A stretch of 64,000 nucleotides of DNA from Botryllus schlosseri (Eukaryota), in NCBI GenBank assembly GCA_051294905.1, contig CM119382.1, forward strand, positions 3,224,001 to 3,288,000. Reading direction: 5' to 3'. The notes under the pieces are model-generated. The model worked only from the letters and a program-made list of their open reading frames with translations, was not told the DNA's origin and did no database searches. Both the position numbers and the translations under genes were made by a program. Each line of letters starts with the position of its first letter. Within the stretch, counting starts at the first letter, position 1. Below are positions 13,721-27,510 of this stretch, piece by piece.

Positions 13721-14652
13721 TAGGGATGGTGTGAACCTCTGAAAGGTTCAGGTTCGTGTGAACGCGAACCTTTTTGAAAGGTTCTGTGTGAACACGAACG
13801 TGAACCTCGTGACGTCACGTGACGTCATATTGCTAATTCCAACCCTATCTTTCAATGAAGTGATGGCCTATATTAATGTACATTTACGTACGCGATACCT
13901 AGCGACGACTCGAGCCACATAATCCCACAATGCGGAAGTACATATTGGCGTTTTAAACGTCGCTGAATGTATCAACTGAGGCAATCAAATGATATAATAC
14001 TTCCATAAAATCAATATTATCCGTCGCTTTGCCAACAACTTCGACGAGGACTTATCAGGGAATATAAGAAACACCTTAACGGTCTTGGCCAGACCGGACA
14101 ATGTATTCGGCGTCTGAGTATTGCTACATTGATTTTGAGCAGAGTGTAAAACAGGGTTTCTATGCTTGCTACCGATATTATCCCATTAATAAGTTATACA
14201 GCAGTAGCTAAAAACCCCAATAAACATATGAAGTCAAGATTGATTGGTTGAATAAGCATCATTCGCTGACTACTATAAGTGTATTTCGCTCGTGACGTTG
14301 TGTGATTGCGAGTCGAGCTCACAGCAGAGAGTCGCTAAATATTCACAATCGGAAAGCTGGATATTTGGAGCAAACTTTTGTAACAAAGCAAGTAAAATCT
14401 TTGAGACTGTCAAGGTGCATATTCGTTTTGCGTTGATTTTTTCTGCTGCCAGCGCCATGCATAGAGGAACCGGCCCGCAGTTGAAATGCAATAAATTCGT
14501 ACCAAAGATGTCATAATAAAGTAAAAATTGTAATATATAAAAAAGGTTCACAGTGCAGAACCTATCAAGGTTCTGTTGTGAACGCGAACCTCTGAATTTC
14601 CGAGGTTCACACACAGAACGCGAACGTGAACCTCACGTTCACACCATCCCTA
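13721..14652. mobile_element. hAT MITE (TAGGGATGGTGTGAAC TIR), 932 bp
   Basis: Perfect 16-bp TIR, subterminal GTGAAC repeats, perfect 8-bp TSD GCATACAG. Confidence 0.93.
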
Positions 14653-14794
14653 GCATACAGACTTCGAGCCTACTCCGTAGAGCAGTCTGGAATCAAGCAT
14701 ATCAATTCTACCTTTTGATGTGCTGTATATTTTCACATCTATTCCAAAGACAGGTATGAGTTGTTGTTGGTATGATGCAGTATTAAGGCACTTT

Positions 14795-15050
14795 TGTGGC
14801 CTCTTGGAAATGCGTGAGATATTCTTGGGGGTGCATAACTGTCGTATACAATTGAATAATATTTTCAAACCAAAATGAGCCCGAACATTTTTGGCTGACA
14901 CTCGTCAGGGGTAATCGTCAGCAACTAGTACAGAATTGAAGAGAATATTGTCTACGATATACGATTGTTGGTATACAATTTTCTTTCCAATCCTATTAGT
15001 TACTGAAGAGTGTCAGCCGAAAGGTATATTTTGATATGAATATAATACTC
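14795..15050. repeat. Inverted pair of hammerhead-bearing repeat copies
   Basis: A - copy (14795-14960) followed by a partial + copy (~14970-15050). Confidence 0.75.
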
Positions 15051-18000
15051 AAAGTGGTCAGATTTTCGTTGCGATAAATCGACAACAGTTCCGGTTTATA
15101 ACATAAACTGCCTACGAAAAGACGCAACATTAAACGGCTGTCAATCGGTCGCTAGATATATTTTCGACTGCTGAATAGCGATAATCCTAAAGGCATCAAT
15201 AAATGTGTTTGTGGATTTCTAAAACCAGACTCGCAATTTACCGTTATGAGTCACCCGCTTAGAATAACGCGAGATATGTATTGGGCGTACTGGAAATGGG
15301 AAAATTCATCATCGTGACAAGCGGTAAGTCTGATAGGTTGGGTTTCGGGGTCCGTTATCGTTTTCTGCTAATTGGTTGTAAAGTCAAGCAATAATGGCAA
15401 GCTGCTTCGGGTTAATCCGATGTCGGTTTAGCGAAGTAATTTTCGCGATGACGCGACTGTGAGTTTTGCTAACGACACGCTCATAATTACCACCAAACTT
15501 GCTCTTATCTAGCCGCGGTTTGCAATTTGTGGCCGTGCACTCGCAGATACCGTATGTAACTTGATCTCAGGCGGCGCACGCGATGTACTCATTGATTTTA
15601 AGACACTTTAATGGAGGTACATGACTTCAGTACGCGATTGAACAGTATATTCATATTGAAATGAACCCGAATATTTTGGGCTGACACTCCTCAGGGTTAA
15701 TCGGCAGCAACTAGTAGAGAATTAGAAAGAACATTGTATCTCAGCAATATCTGTGTATATTGTATATCATTTTACATTGTATATCAACAATAATTTTGTT
15801 AATTTATACGCAACAAGCTTCCTGCATGTCATAATTAGGGACGGGCACAATGAATCATGTCTGGAATGTCTATTTAGTGTTAATTCGAATGGTGAGGGGT
15901 GATTTTTTCGTTCCTTGCCACTATGAAAGGCTGTAAACCTCGCCGTATCGCAGCGTACGAAACGTGGTGTACGAAGTCACGCGCGTTGGTGGAAATGACA
16001 TATATGTGAGGCCGTGATCGACCGACATCATTTTTACAAAGAGAAATGAATTGTATAGGTGTGGCCTAAAATATAAAATAATCTTTATGTGATGTAATAT
16101 ACCGGAATAATTTTACATGTACTCATATCAAAGGTAGCCTGCATATTTGAATTCTCCCATAATTCACACCGGGTTATTCGAACACTCAACACGAAGTCTA
16201 ATTCTCGATTCAGAATCGAATCACTCAAGCCTACTCGGTTTTGCCCCGGCTTAGTCATGCCTCATGCGGTATGGGAAGGGTATTGAGAGGTGCTAACAAA
16301 ATGGCATATCTCGCTTGTCCAGTACAAGAGCACGCGTGTTCATATATCTCGTGTAAATCAATAAGAGTAGCTTTCGAAATCATTTATTTCGGACGCGAAT
16401 ATTCCGTGTAGAAAGTAAGGATGGTGCGAATTCGCTGACATGTTCTAGTACGTTTAAATGCGTTCGATTGTGAACAGAAATTGCAACTACAAAGACTATT
16501 TACATTCTAGAGTGCATCCCTGTCTCTAAAAGATATTGTCGGATTGTTGGGTAGTACTATTATACGCAATACGCTTGGTGTCATTGGAAATATATCACTC
16601 ATGACTACGTGGCTGGAGCTAAATGTCCTATCATGAACTTATTATGTCGGATCCGTTCGCAAAGACCCTTTATTCAATTGTTGAGCTGCTCAAATAATCC
16701 TTTTCGTATAGAATCAACCTGGTTCCGTGAGACCTAAATATCAATTTTAGTTTTGTCAGCAATAATTAGCCTGCTAACGCACCGGAATAAAATCTCTTGG
16801 TCTTATTCTAGCCACTTTTCAGGCGAAACACGTATAGAGCTCACAAGGGCGTGTCATCATATTATTCACAAACGTAATAGTGTGTCATTAATAGTCAAGC
16901 AATGTTATCGAGAATCAATCAACTTTTCGGTTACATTTGGTTTATTTTAGTTTTGTGTTCATGTTCTATTGGTGCAGTTATAATTCATGAAGCTTCGATC
17001 ATATGTGCTAAGATTGCTGTAAATTCTGCTATTTCTCAAAAATGTTCACGGTGTAGAACCATCCGAAATCAGTCTGAGAGCATGAACGTCTGAAATATCA
17101 AGGTCCGCACGAGAAACACTGAAATCAACAAAACGTTCGCGTTATCCCAATAGAAAGAATTCTATGCTACAGCAGTGCGATGATTTGTTATCTTAATTAA
17201 AGCTAGCAGCGTTCCTCATTTATTCGGACAATAAATTACCGTTGTCATTTGTATAGTGCGTTTCGGTATCCACACCGGAATCGTTAGAATTGGAAATTGG
17301 TTTTCGTCCGCACCAGGTAAGCTATGATTAACAACGGTAATACATGCATTGGGATTAGACTTTCACGTATACTGAATCTCCCATACCGCAGGCATTCTCT
17401 CGTAGATGTCTTGTCTGCCCATCGTCGGTATTTCAATCTAATTAGAATTCTCAAACATCAGAAGGTAATCACTGATTCTCTGCGCGTTAAAAAGCAGACC
17501 ACTTATCCTGCTCTGCGAAACCGCGTTCTAATGACTCTTTTGCATCAATTCCCGCAAATCAATACCGGGAATTATCGGGGTTAGCGATTTTACATCATTG
17601 CGAATGTGACGGATGGCAGAACGCGATCCTCAGTTTGATTGGCGTGTTCACTGGAACCCTGATTAATTCTCATGCACGCGTCCGTGGTATTGGTATATAT
17701 AACATATGGAATAATCCGGATTATCGCAATTCGACCGTATACCTCATGTCGCGCAATATACAAATTAAGTTGTATCTTACTGGTGAGAGCTTGAAGCTAA
17801 AATACGCATCTCCTTGTTTGACGAGCTCCACATCGTACCATCAGTAAGACTTGGACTACTAGATAATTCTAGTTGTTGAATTAAACAAAAAATTAGAGCC
17901 AAATATCGGTAATCTGATTTATAATTCTAATATAATATGTGAAATGTTTCTATAATGCAATTTTTTGCTCTAATCTAATTGCTGGTTTTCCTGCTATGCT

Positions 18001-21000
18001 ACATGAGAACTGTACAGTGCGAAACGGGCCAAGATTGGTGTACAGACATTTGCCATGCTCGTGCTTATGATGATGAACTTTGATTTGATAAGGACTGAAC
18101 TTGAATTATGTTGTATTTCATTTTAATCCTTGATTCAATTTGCAAATTCAGTAATTCCAATTCTAAGATGATTTTTAAAGCTGAAAATTTTCCTACAGTT
18201 GTCCAACCCTACCCTCAGTCACGCAAATAGTTTAGGAATACTTAGAAAACCTACACGGCCCTGAGTCACCCTTCATGGATGTCGCCTGTCATCCGCGCTT
18301 ACCGTCGAGATACGATTTTCAAAATACAATGTTCTTTCCAATTCTCCACTAGTTGCAGACGATTGCCCCTGACCAGTGTCAGCTGAAAATATTCGGTTAT
18401 TTCAAAGCGAATATACTATTCAATTATTATTGAAGTTCTGCACGTCCATGAAGCTCTTCGCATCCTAATTCCGACGCCGCCAACATTAATAAAGTAGATG
18501 AGATTGCAGACTTGTAAGTTCGGCAATCCGAGGGAGTATACTAATCTCCATCCATAACTCCAATGTTCCTGATCTTTCTTTGATAATCTGCAGATATTCT
18601 GCCAACTTTGAAGCTGTCTGCAAGGGCATGTCATTATTCTTAATCACGGTTTATCTCAAATCTTGTTGCACGGATAGGGGGATGAATGATACCGGGCGAT
18701 GGGAATCGGTAATTTCGGGCGGAAAGAAAATTAGATTAGGAAATGCTTGATTTGCAGACCATTGCTCATCATCGCTCTTTCGTATGTGACTTCTATGCTA
18801 AGATACCGGAATCGCTGATAAGCCCTTTTGCGTCACGGGCGCGTTGCGTGTAGCACGTGGGTGGATTCGCTGATGCGTTATGTGTAAAATGTATGTACCA
18901 CTACCAGTACTGGTTTACAGAATGGAATTCTCAGCCGTGTAGTAAAATGCTGCCTACAAGCTACAGATATATCACAAAACGAAAATCGAGTGTTTCGCCG
19001 ATTTTAATAATAGAGTATAATGCAAATCAGGTACACAGAACTTTGCGGTACAATATTGTGCTTCTACGCCCATTCCAGTGGGTGAAAATGGTTCGAATGC
19101 ACCAATTCTAATGGACATATATCGTTTGGGTGGAGCGGATTATGTTTTCGTGTGTCCGTGGCCCGATTCGCGCCATTTTCTATGGTGTGGAAATTGGGTA
19201 AATATACCTATTTTTCGTCCGTGCATGGATTGTCTGTACATCAGCGTTGTTCAAAAATAACTTTTATCTTCAAATGTTACTGGCTAATCGATAAAATTAA
19301 CTGAAAAAACGCTGCATACCGGTACCGACTTTGGCTCAATTCCAACCCGTGGAAGCGAAAATACTGGAATACCAAAATTTTAAATTTACTTTTAGTAGTG
19401 TTAAAGTAGTAGTTTTATAATTAATAATGCACCACCGGCCACCATAAATATAATTTTTTTCAAATCCAAAATTTTGTGTGCCTATGCCAACTGCCAATAA
19501 CTTCGCTTCTACCGATTGGAATTGGGCGGAATTTGCTATGCATCGATTTTTAGGCAACTTGACAGTACAATCTGACAGAAAATTATATGTTTTCAATACA
19601 TTCGGTGTGAACCGTTATTTTAGACAACCAAACAATTTTATCAAATCGCCACTGGCCAGGGAAATTTGAAGTAAAAGGTTAATTTGAAGCAGCCCTAATA
19701 TTTTACATGTAGGAAACTCAAGTTTTATAGCGTATGGTAGTTCAGTAATACTGAAGCATACTCTACAAAGTATACTACGGTCGTGGGCTAGTTCGCCTTC
19801 AGAATTCGACACCGCGTACTCCACTCCTATCTCACTGATGAGCAGAACCAGTATCTAAAACGCGTTGGAGGGCTTCGCAGAGTCTAGAATTACTTCGATA
19901 TCTTCTCGCGGCAATGCGCGAAAATGTCCGGGGTATTCAATCTTGTAAAATCCTAATTTGTCAACCACAAGGTCGGCCTTATCCGTACTAGCGGTGGTAG
20001 AAGACAACGATATCGCACTGCGCAGTATTACCGCTGTACTTTTTGCTTCAATAAACATACCAGATAAAACCTGTCTTCACACACGATTATGGTCAGTAAT
20101 CTTGAAATATCTGTAGTACATGAGTGAGGTCGCCGACTTATCTCCAAATGCGGTTTGGGAGGTCAGACAAAAGCGATGTCAAGTCATACTTCAACTGTTC
20201 TACCATGAAGGTGGGGCTCATTAGGGGTCCAATGCATCATTACCCAGACGGTGGTGGGTTTAACTGGGATGTTTCGAGGAATGATATCTCCCTTAGCGAG
20301 TGAGGGGCCATCCGCGCGGAACGCGTTAGTGATCATTTTCAAAGTCAGCACTGAAATACAACACGTGAAGATGATATCACAAGTTACCACGAACTTGAAG
20401 CATACGATGAGTCAGGTCTGTAAGAGGCAGCGTGCGTTTGGGTTGATTATTCCGATATAATTCTTACTTGAAGATGAAATCAACCATGCGGGGATATGTG
20501 TCTCGTAAAAGAGCATTGAAATTATCTGAAACACATCTCATTTTTATATTAAAGAGCTTCATGGAGGGTCAAAACTTCAATATACAATATAATAATATAT
20601 TGATATAGGAATATACCTAAATATTTTTGACTGGCACTCCGCAATCCGCATGGGTAATCGTAGGCAACTAGTGGAGTATTGGAAAGAAAATTGTACATCA
20701 ACCATCGTATCACTCGAAAATATTGGGGTTTGTTTCAATGTGAATATAATATTTAATATTGATATTCATCAGCATCCACTATCATGCCATGAAGACTGCG
20801 TGAGAAAATAGCATCATTTCGCAATCGATAATTTTATCAGCGAAAAACTGCATTCCGACATATTTTCAACGTACTTTTCTTCTCATATTACGGAAATGCG
20901 ATGATATTTGCAATACGCGCAGTCTCGAACTGATAGCTGATATCCAGAAGAATATTATATAGGCATGGACGGAGAATAGACTAGACATGTATTGCCCTAA

Positions 21001-24000
21001 ACACGCGCAAGATTAGCCCGTATGTCAGGAAAAATTTTAAAGGATCAGCATGTTTAATCTACTTACACAGTTATGTACTCGCATCAGCGTGAGCGTGGCG
21101 ATGACTCAAATCGTAAAGTTGTATGTTATAACTAACGAAGGGCACAACAATTTGGGTATAACCAGAATCCGAACCGAGTATCAGTTCCTATGACTCGAAT
21201 CGAGTAATGAGAGGTGTTTTTTGTTCGACCACGCCCCTTTATTTTATTCATAAGAGTGTTCATTTTACAATGTTTTATTACTTTCACAGCGAGACATATA
21301 TATATTTCTGTAATAGTCTGTTTCACTGTGTATGGCATAGTGAATTGAACTCCATAGCTTGACGGCGATTTGCTGCGTACCGCGAAAAAATTCATGGCGA
21401 GGCAGGTCTATGTATGTTTGCTATATGCTGTGGAGTGAAATTTTGGAACACCAAATATCTACAGGATTTACTATCCAAATTACCGGTTACGAGCGCGTTT
21501 CTTGTTGGTATTGCGGATTTCTAACAGATGGGATAATTAGATTCCGTTTCAGAGTAGATATACGCGCAGCTCGACGAAAAACATCAACATAGTAAAGCCT
21601 CCACTCCAAACAATACGAAATCAACATTCCGTCTTGTCTCAATAGCTGTAGGCTTCTGGAGCCAAATTATTTTCAAAAAATCACGCTGTCGAGGCAGCAG
21701 TTTTACGAAACGACGACGGGTGGGCACTGGACAATCGGGCAGGTGAAGACACTATGTTTTCAAATTAGAACTTGGTCCTTACATCGCCTAGCTAGACCCG
21801 GGCAGTTGTCTGATTTCAAATACTACTCCAAGTCGTTTCAACATCTCTCTATCTTTCATTGTATCGCAATGGTGTGATGTATTGATTAGACGAAATTTTA
21901 GTAATCCGCACCGAACTGAACTCAACCCCAATATATACTTAGTAATAGTGATTTTGAGGGGTTAAATATAGGCCTTCTCCGCGCAGAGCGGATTTGGTTC
22001 ACATTGGTGATATGAGCAATGAGCATGAGAGAGCAGAGCATTGAGTAGCCGATCACTGAAAGTTTGTTTTTGAAATCGAATGGGATTCGACAGGTATTGT
22101 ATCTGATAGTTGAATTTCAAACGCCTTCGTAGTCCATCAATTTCGGTGTGAATTGGAATGTTAATGAAAATGAGCATTGTAATATAGGTATATCCGCCAA
22201 TGGCATACCGTTGAGGAGAAATAACGATACTCATAACATCGAATCACGTTGTTCGCACGGTTTATTTTGGGTGAGCGAATTTAGAACTTGAGATTGCGTA
22301 TATCTCTATCGGGTTTATTTGTAAAACCGCTGACACAACATCTGTTTGATATAATAGGGGACCACACGCACGTTGTCACGTTAGCGATTCATTACCAATA
22401 ACATGTTCAAAAGATAAAATACTGTAAGTGAAAAGATAATTTGCATTTTAGGTCATGGTCAAGCGTCAGATATATTCGGGACAAATGTGTCAACCAGTAT
22501 TATCAGATATAGTGCCATAATGCCCGCAGGTTATTTACAATTCTTGAAGCCGTTCTCTCTGTAATGTAGTGTTTAGGATGATTTCAGATATTCACAGCTT
22601 CATCGCGATATAACTCAATAGCCGTATCATGGAATTTCAGATATAGAGAGTTTTTGCATCCAAGTTTTCTCTATGTTTCTGGTATCACGTTGTATGAGTT
22701 CACAGTTACATCAAACGCGCGTATTAAGTTGTGGCAAGCCGGTCAAGATATAGTGACCATATCACGGGATACATACATGTGCTGCACGATATATATATAA
22801 CTCTCTGAGCCGCAATTGTGTTTTATTCTCATACACAACATTGGCGCTTTTAGCCAAATAAAGTCATTAGCACCGCCACGATATTAGCAATAAATGCTCA
22901 ATGCATTTTCGAACGCAATTGACACCAAATTAACTTTTCCGTTGCTCGTAAACGATTTGCTTTACTTACCAATATTATTTATCCTGAAGCACATCTCACA
23001 CGCAACTGTGTGACATAGGTGCTTTCAATGCAATTAATAATTTTCGCATACTTGATGAAAGGCTCTTAGAGGACTTTTGCGATTGGGTTTCCAACTGACA
23101 AACCTGGAAACATATTGACTTTGCGCGTAATTACGCTCCAAGAGGATGACTGTACAATCGAATAAATATCATTAAAGCAAAAATAACGATCTTTAAATTT
23201 AACGACCATGAAATTCAAAATTTATGGCATTTTGATGCTTAGAACACATCGTACTTAGTTGCGTTTACTTTGCCATTCACCTGTTAAGAAGCCGTCATTC
23301 AAAGGAAGTGGGTGGATTTGTCGCGACTTAATTCCCCAGCGCTAGGATAATCCTAATTAGACACCTCAAGGAGTTATGGTGACTAAGTAAGACTCTACGT
23401 GCTGATGTGACGCTGAAACAATACGTGGGATATCGCTAACATATTGTCCACACGTCAATGATACATATTTCACAAATATTGTGTGCTTTTAATATAACCC
23501 ACGATTGCCGTGTGTAGATATTGTCACGCGCTAAACGTTTGTTCGGCTCGCTCACTCAATGCTATTGTATACATTATGGGTGATGCATAGATAAATTTGT
23601 TCTGATGCAGAAGCTTTCTTGCCTTATCACCGATTTACAAACAATAGTTTTAAATATTTCGCATTCATTGATTCAAGTTACAGCTGCGTTCCGATTTGTA
23701 CTATGTAATGCGTTGTTCGCATTCTAGTGCATTGGCGTTGAATGCTCAGACGTTGTGAACGCTCTGTTTATGCTTGTAACATGATAGCCTACTATACATA
23801 AAATGAAAACACTTGAGACTATTCGTCTTGTAATGGTTCAAAGGGTTATGATCTATCAAAAAGCATATGTCTCTGATTTGTAACATGCCACTGTGATTAT
23901 CGCGAGGCCACGTATACGACCTGATATTACTGCGTGTATTGTTAATGTGATATTCTCTTAAACCCGTCCGTTATCCGTACTAAATTCGTAGTGTTATGTT

Positions 24001-27000
24001 ATTGAACAAACAGTTTTAAAACATGAATTTGGCTGTGAAGTTGGCTAGTAAATGGCTAGTAGATAGAACAGATATCCGATATGGAACGTACCTAGTCGCC
24101 AGGTATATTATCAATCTATTCACATATAATGTAACCTCCCTATAATCTGCATTTGTAGAGACTCTTTGAGGTACAAAACTTCAATATGCAATTATTATTC
24201 AATATTATTCAATTCAACATTTTGTGTGTGATCAAAGGTATGTACAAACTACGCATTAATCGCCACTAGCACTATATTCTAGTCCCGAAATGTAAATTGA
24301 AACTCTGCGTTGCGGTAAAGCATGCACACACGGTGGTTTCACGAACGCGTGGGTAAATATTGAATCAACGGGTAATCTCAATGCACTTATGCAGCCAACC
24401 GTTACGTTTGTTGTCAAATTGCGAACATATGAACAACGTACGTGGTTTATGATGGACTCACTCTGGAAGGCATTATCTCCCAAAGGAAAGCCTATGTCAT
24501 AAGTCAACGATCGGAAGTGTATTTGTGAGTTATAGGGTTGTTTTCACCATCGCTTCAGGCAGGACCCGGCTTCCTATGCAGTCAGTATTCAATTGAGGAC
24601 GTGTTCAGGGCGGACATAGAATGTATAATTGTATATTAATCAAGTATGCGTAAATACGCAATAGCGAGTTAAATTTGATCCTGCACACATGCACACACGG
24701 AGCAAGCGTTTGAAACTCCTCGCCATGATATCAAGATGTGGACCACACCATCAGTGTGATCTTAAAGAGTATATTTTCAAATCCGGATTAAGGTATTTCG
24801 TTAGCGACGATTCGCTGCCAATTTCCAACACGATACGCTCGATCGTTTATTTACCCACCTGAGTATATTTTCCAACGGCGCCTCCTTTTGAATGGGATCT
24901 ATCAATAATTAAGCCATCGTGTGAAGTGTGAACGTATAGCAATCTTCTTATGGTGTCATTGCATCAGATAATTATATGTTTAGCATAAATGCGAGCGAAT
25001 GATTTTGATTGAGCGTACGATCTACGAAGTCGTAACGATTTGCAAAAAGGCAGTCGAAATCACCTGGCATGAAAAATCGGCGGCCTCAATCGAATCATAC
25101 GTCTCACCCGAAACCGCGGGCGAATTCTTTTATAATTGGGCCGGCGGAAAATGCCATCTACCTATATACAACACCTGAGCGAAGTTGAGATATTTATTTT
25201 CACTGTAAGCAACAACGCTTACGCGCGGGGCGTTAACGGGGTCACTGCATCGGGTTAAATAAATCCTAAGGTGATATAATTCTGATAACCAGATTTGTTA
25301 CTTTATCTAGCGCGTGTTTACGGGCAAACAATCTCATACAAAACTTATTCCTGACTAGCGAAGTATAGAGGATGAGTATTTGCGTGGTACTGATAACCTC
25401 TGGGTACTGGTACGCGACTATATGCCCTTTCACATACCCCAAAACTATTTCTGGTATAGAGTTGCCATGTGTATCCATCGTGGGGACAGTTCTGAGGTAA
25501 AGTGTCGCCCGACTTCTGCAAAATAAATACGTGTCAATCGAACGTCGCGATTACCATGCTTTTAACCAAGAACCCGCATTCCATAAAAAAAACTTTATGC
25601 AAATTCTCGCGGCGGCAGGACACCGAAAATCGATTGTTTCGATCTATTAAGCCTGATTTTAATTCTGAATACAGTCGGAATGGGAGCTTGCGCGCTTCGC
25701 TGAATAATTTATTCCCGACAAGCCTTTGGAAGGTATGTTTGACGATTGAGGTTCTGCGTCATACAGTGGAAAATTAACGATAAGTTCTTATTCTCAAGAA
25801 TAATATTAGATCCGAACTATAGCATCCACTTGTAATAAAAGGGACATGAATACAGATTGAATAGATATTTTATTTCACCTGACGTCACACATTTATGATC
25901 TGAACACATCAGGTCCCTCGGAATAAGAGCTGGACAACTGGAGAATTTTCAACTTTACCAAATTAGATTAGAATTAGAATTATAGCTACACGGTTTTTGT
26001 ACCAAATTATGTCAGAGGAAGAATTACTGAATTCGTGAAAACTTGGAAATTGGATCAAGGTTTTTCTCATAAGCATGAGGATTGGAAATGTATGTATACT
26101 ATAACAAAATTGGCATATTTCGCACCAAACAGTTCTCCCGTAGCATTTAAGGAAACTCAGAATTATCTATCTAGTTGCCCAAGTCTGCTCGGAATTTGTA
26201 ATTGTAATGTCTATATCTATACTTTCCACTTCAAAAACTTGATAAAATATCGCGGCGTCACGGAGCAATGCAAAATTAATCCGTAGCGAGTGTCCCATCA
26301 TGGTCAACGCGTAGTAAATATTGACCTCCACATTCGCGGCTGAGATTTTTCAATAATAGCAGAAGGCGTATAGCTACTTACCAACACTAAGAGGTAATAA
26401 TGATTTTAATGTTCTATTGTATCATTTGATGGCTTTTTCAGTTCGACTTATCACACGCCTCTCGAAATCCGTGTCATTAATTTTGCGTTACAGCGGAGGT
26501 GCTAGATCCTTCCTTCGTTTTTGTTTGTGGAGGTATTAGCCCTTTCATTCTGGCGTGCGGTTCGTTTGTGCGTTGATTCTTCAGTCAATAAGACGCCTCG
26601 ATGTCGTGAGTGGGTATGTGCCTTCCACAACTCGGAGCAGATTAAAGAAAGCACACACGTAGAGGATTTGTCTCGATTTTTAATCTTTCAGAGTTTGCGC
26701 TTTGAATTACAGACCATTCCCAGGTTATTGAGAAGTTCATTCGACAAGCCTAAACTACACTTCACACGGCGCAGTACCGGTAATCGTGACTATGCCGTAT
26801 CGGAGTCATCAATCATGAAAACCACTCCACATTCGTTCGAATTGATGTATACTGAGTAAATTTCCCACAATTCGTGTCATAGATCAAAGTCATGATATTA
26901 TATATAATCCTAATAAAGCTAAACAATTGAATATTCCGTTCAAGTAATCCTTTTCGTGCTGCTGTTATGTACCGCGGATGCTACGCATTGAGTCTGTTAC

Positions 27001-27094
27001 GGAGTGTGACGTAGCAAAGGCTGAAATAGGATTTGTAAATAGATGAGATCATCGAAATCTTCTACTCGATGTCAGGAATATATTGAAATCTCAA

Positions 27095-27510
27095 TCAATC
27101 AGATTCATCAAATAAGGTCAAACAGTTAAAGTCGACCGAACTGATACGATGACTGACGCCATCAGACACAGCGCTGCGTGGATTAGTGCTGCTCCAGAAC
27201 CAGTCGATACTCTGGAAGTCTGTTGAACATAAATTATTTGCTAAGCGGAAAATGATAGGCTTTATACAGATGCCCAGTGCCCACCCAAACGATTTTACCT
27301 CTCCCGTCGATGAATTCCATACAAGGGACATTATAGATCCTTGATGTAGCATTTCTTGGTACGAGACTTGAGATAATTTCGTTTATAATACCCTGGTTTT
27401 GTAACTTAGTAACTTTCGTTTTCGTTTTCGTAGACCAGAATTGTTATATCTGGAAACTACATTGGGGTCGGTACGGCCGAGTTGATACTCATCGCCGTCA
27501 CATTTGGGAT
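27095..27510 (-). pseudogene. Probable decayed Penelope-like (PLE) reverse transcriptase fragment
   Basis: Frameshifted minus-strand segments DGDEYQLGRTDP / KLQNQGIINEIISSLVPRNATSRIYNVP / GRGKIV / RLPEY / RISSVDFNCL follow the order of PLE RT motifs (D..Y....DPT; L...G.I...L.P....R.YG.PK; RPIV; LPSY; SFDV.SL). Recognised by eye only. Confidence 0.45.

Noticed and set aside
14881-14935. Helitron 3' end interpretation of the hammerhead repeat (hairpin followed by CTAG|T on the minus reading)
   Set aside because: Homology between copies continues about 25 nt past CTAGT (AGAGAATTGGAAAGAACATTGTA), so CTAG is not a terminus.
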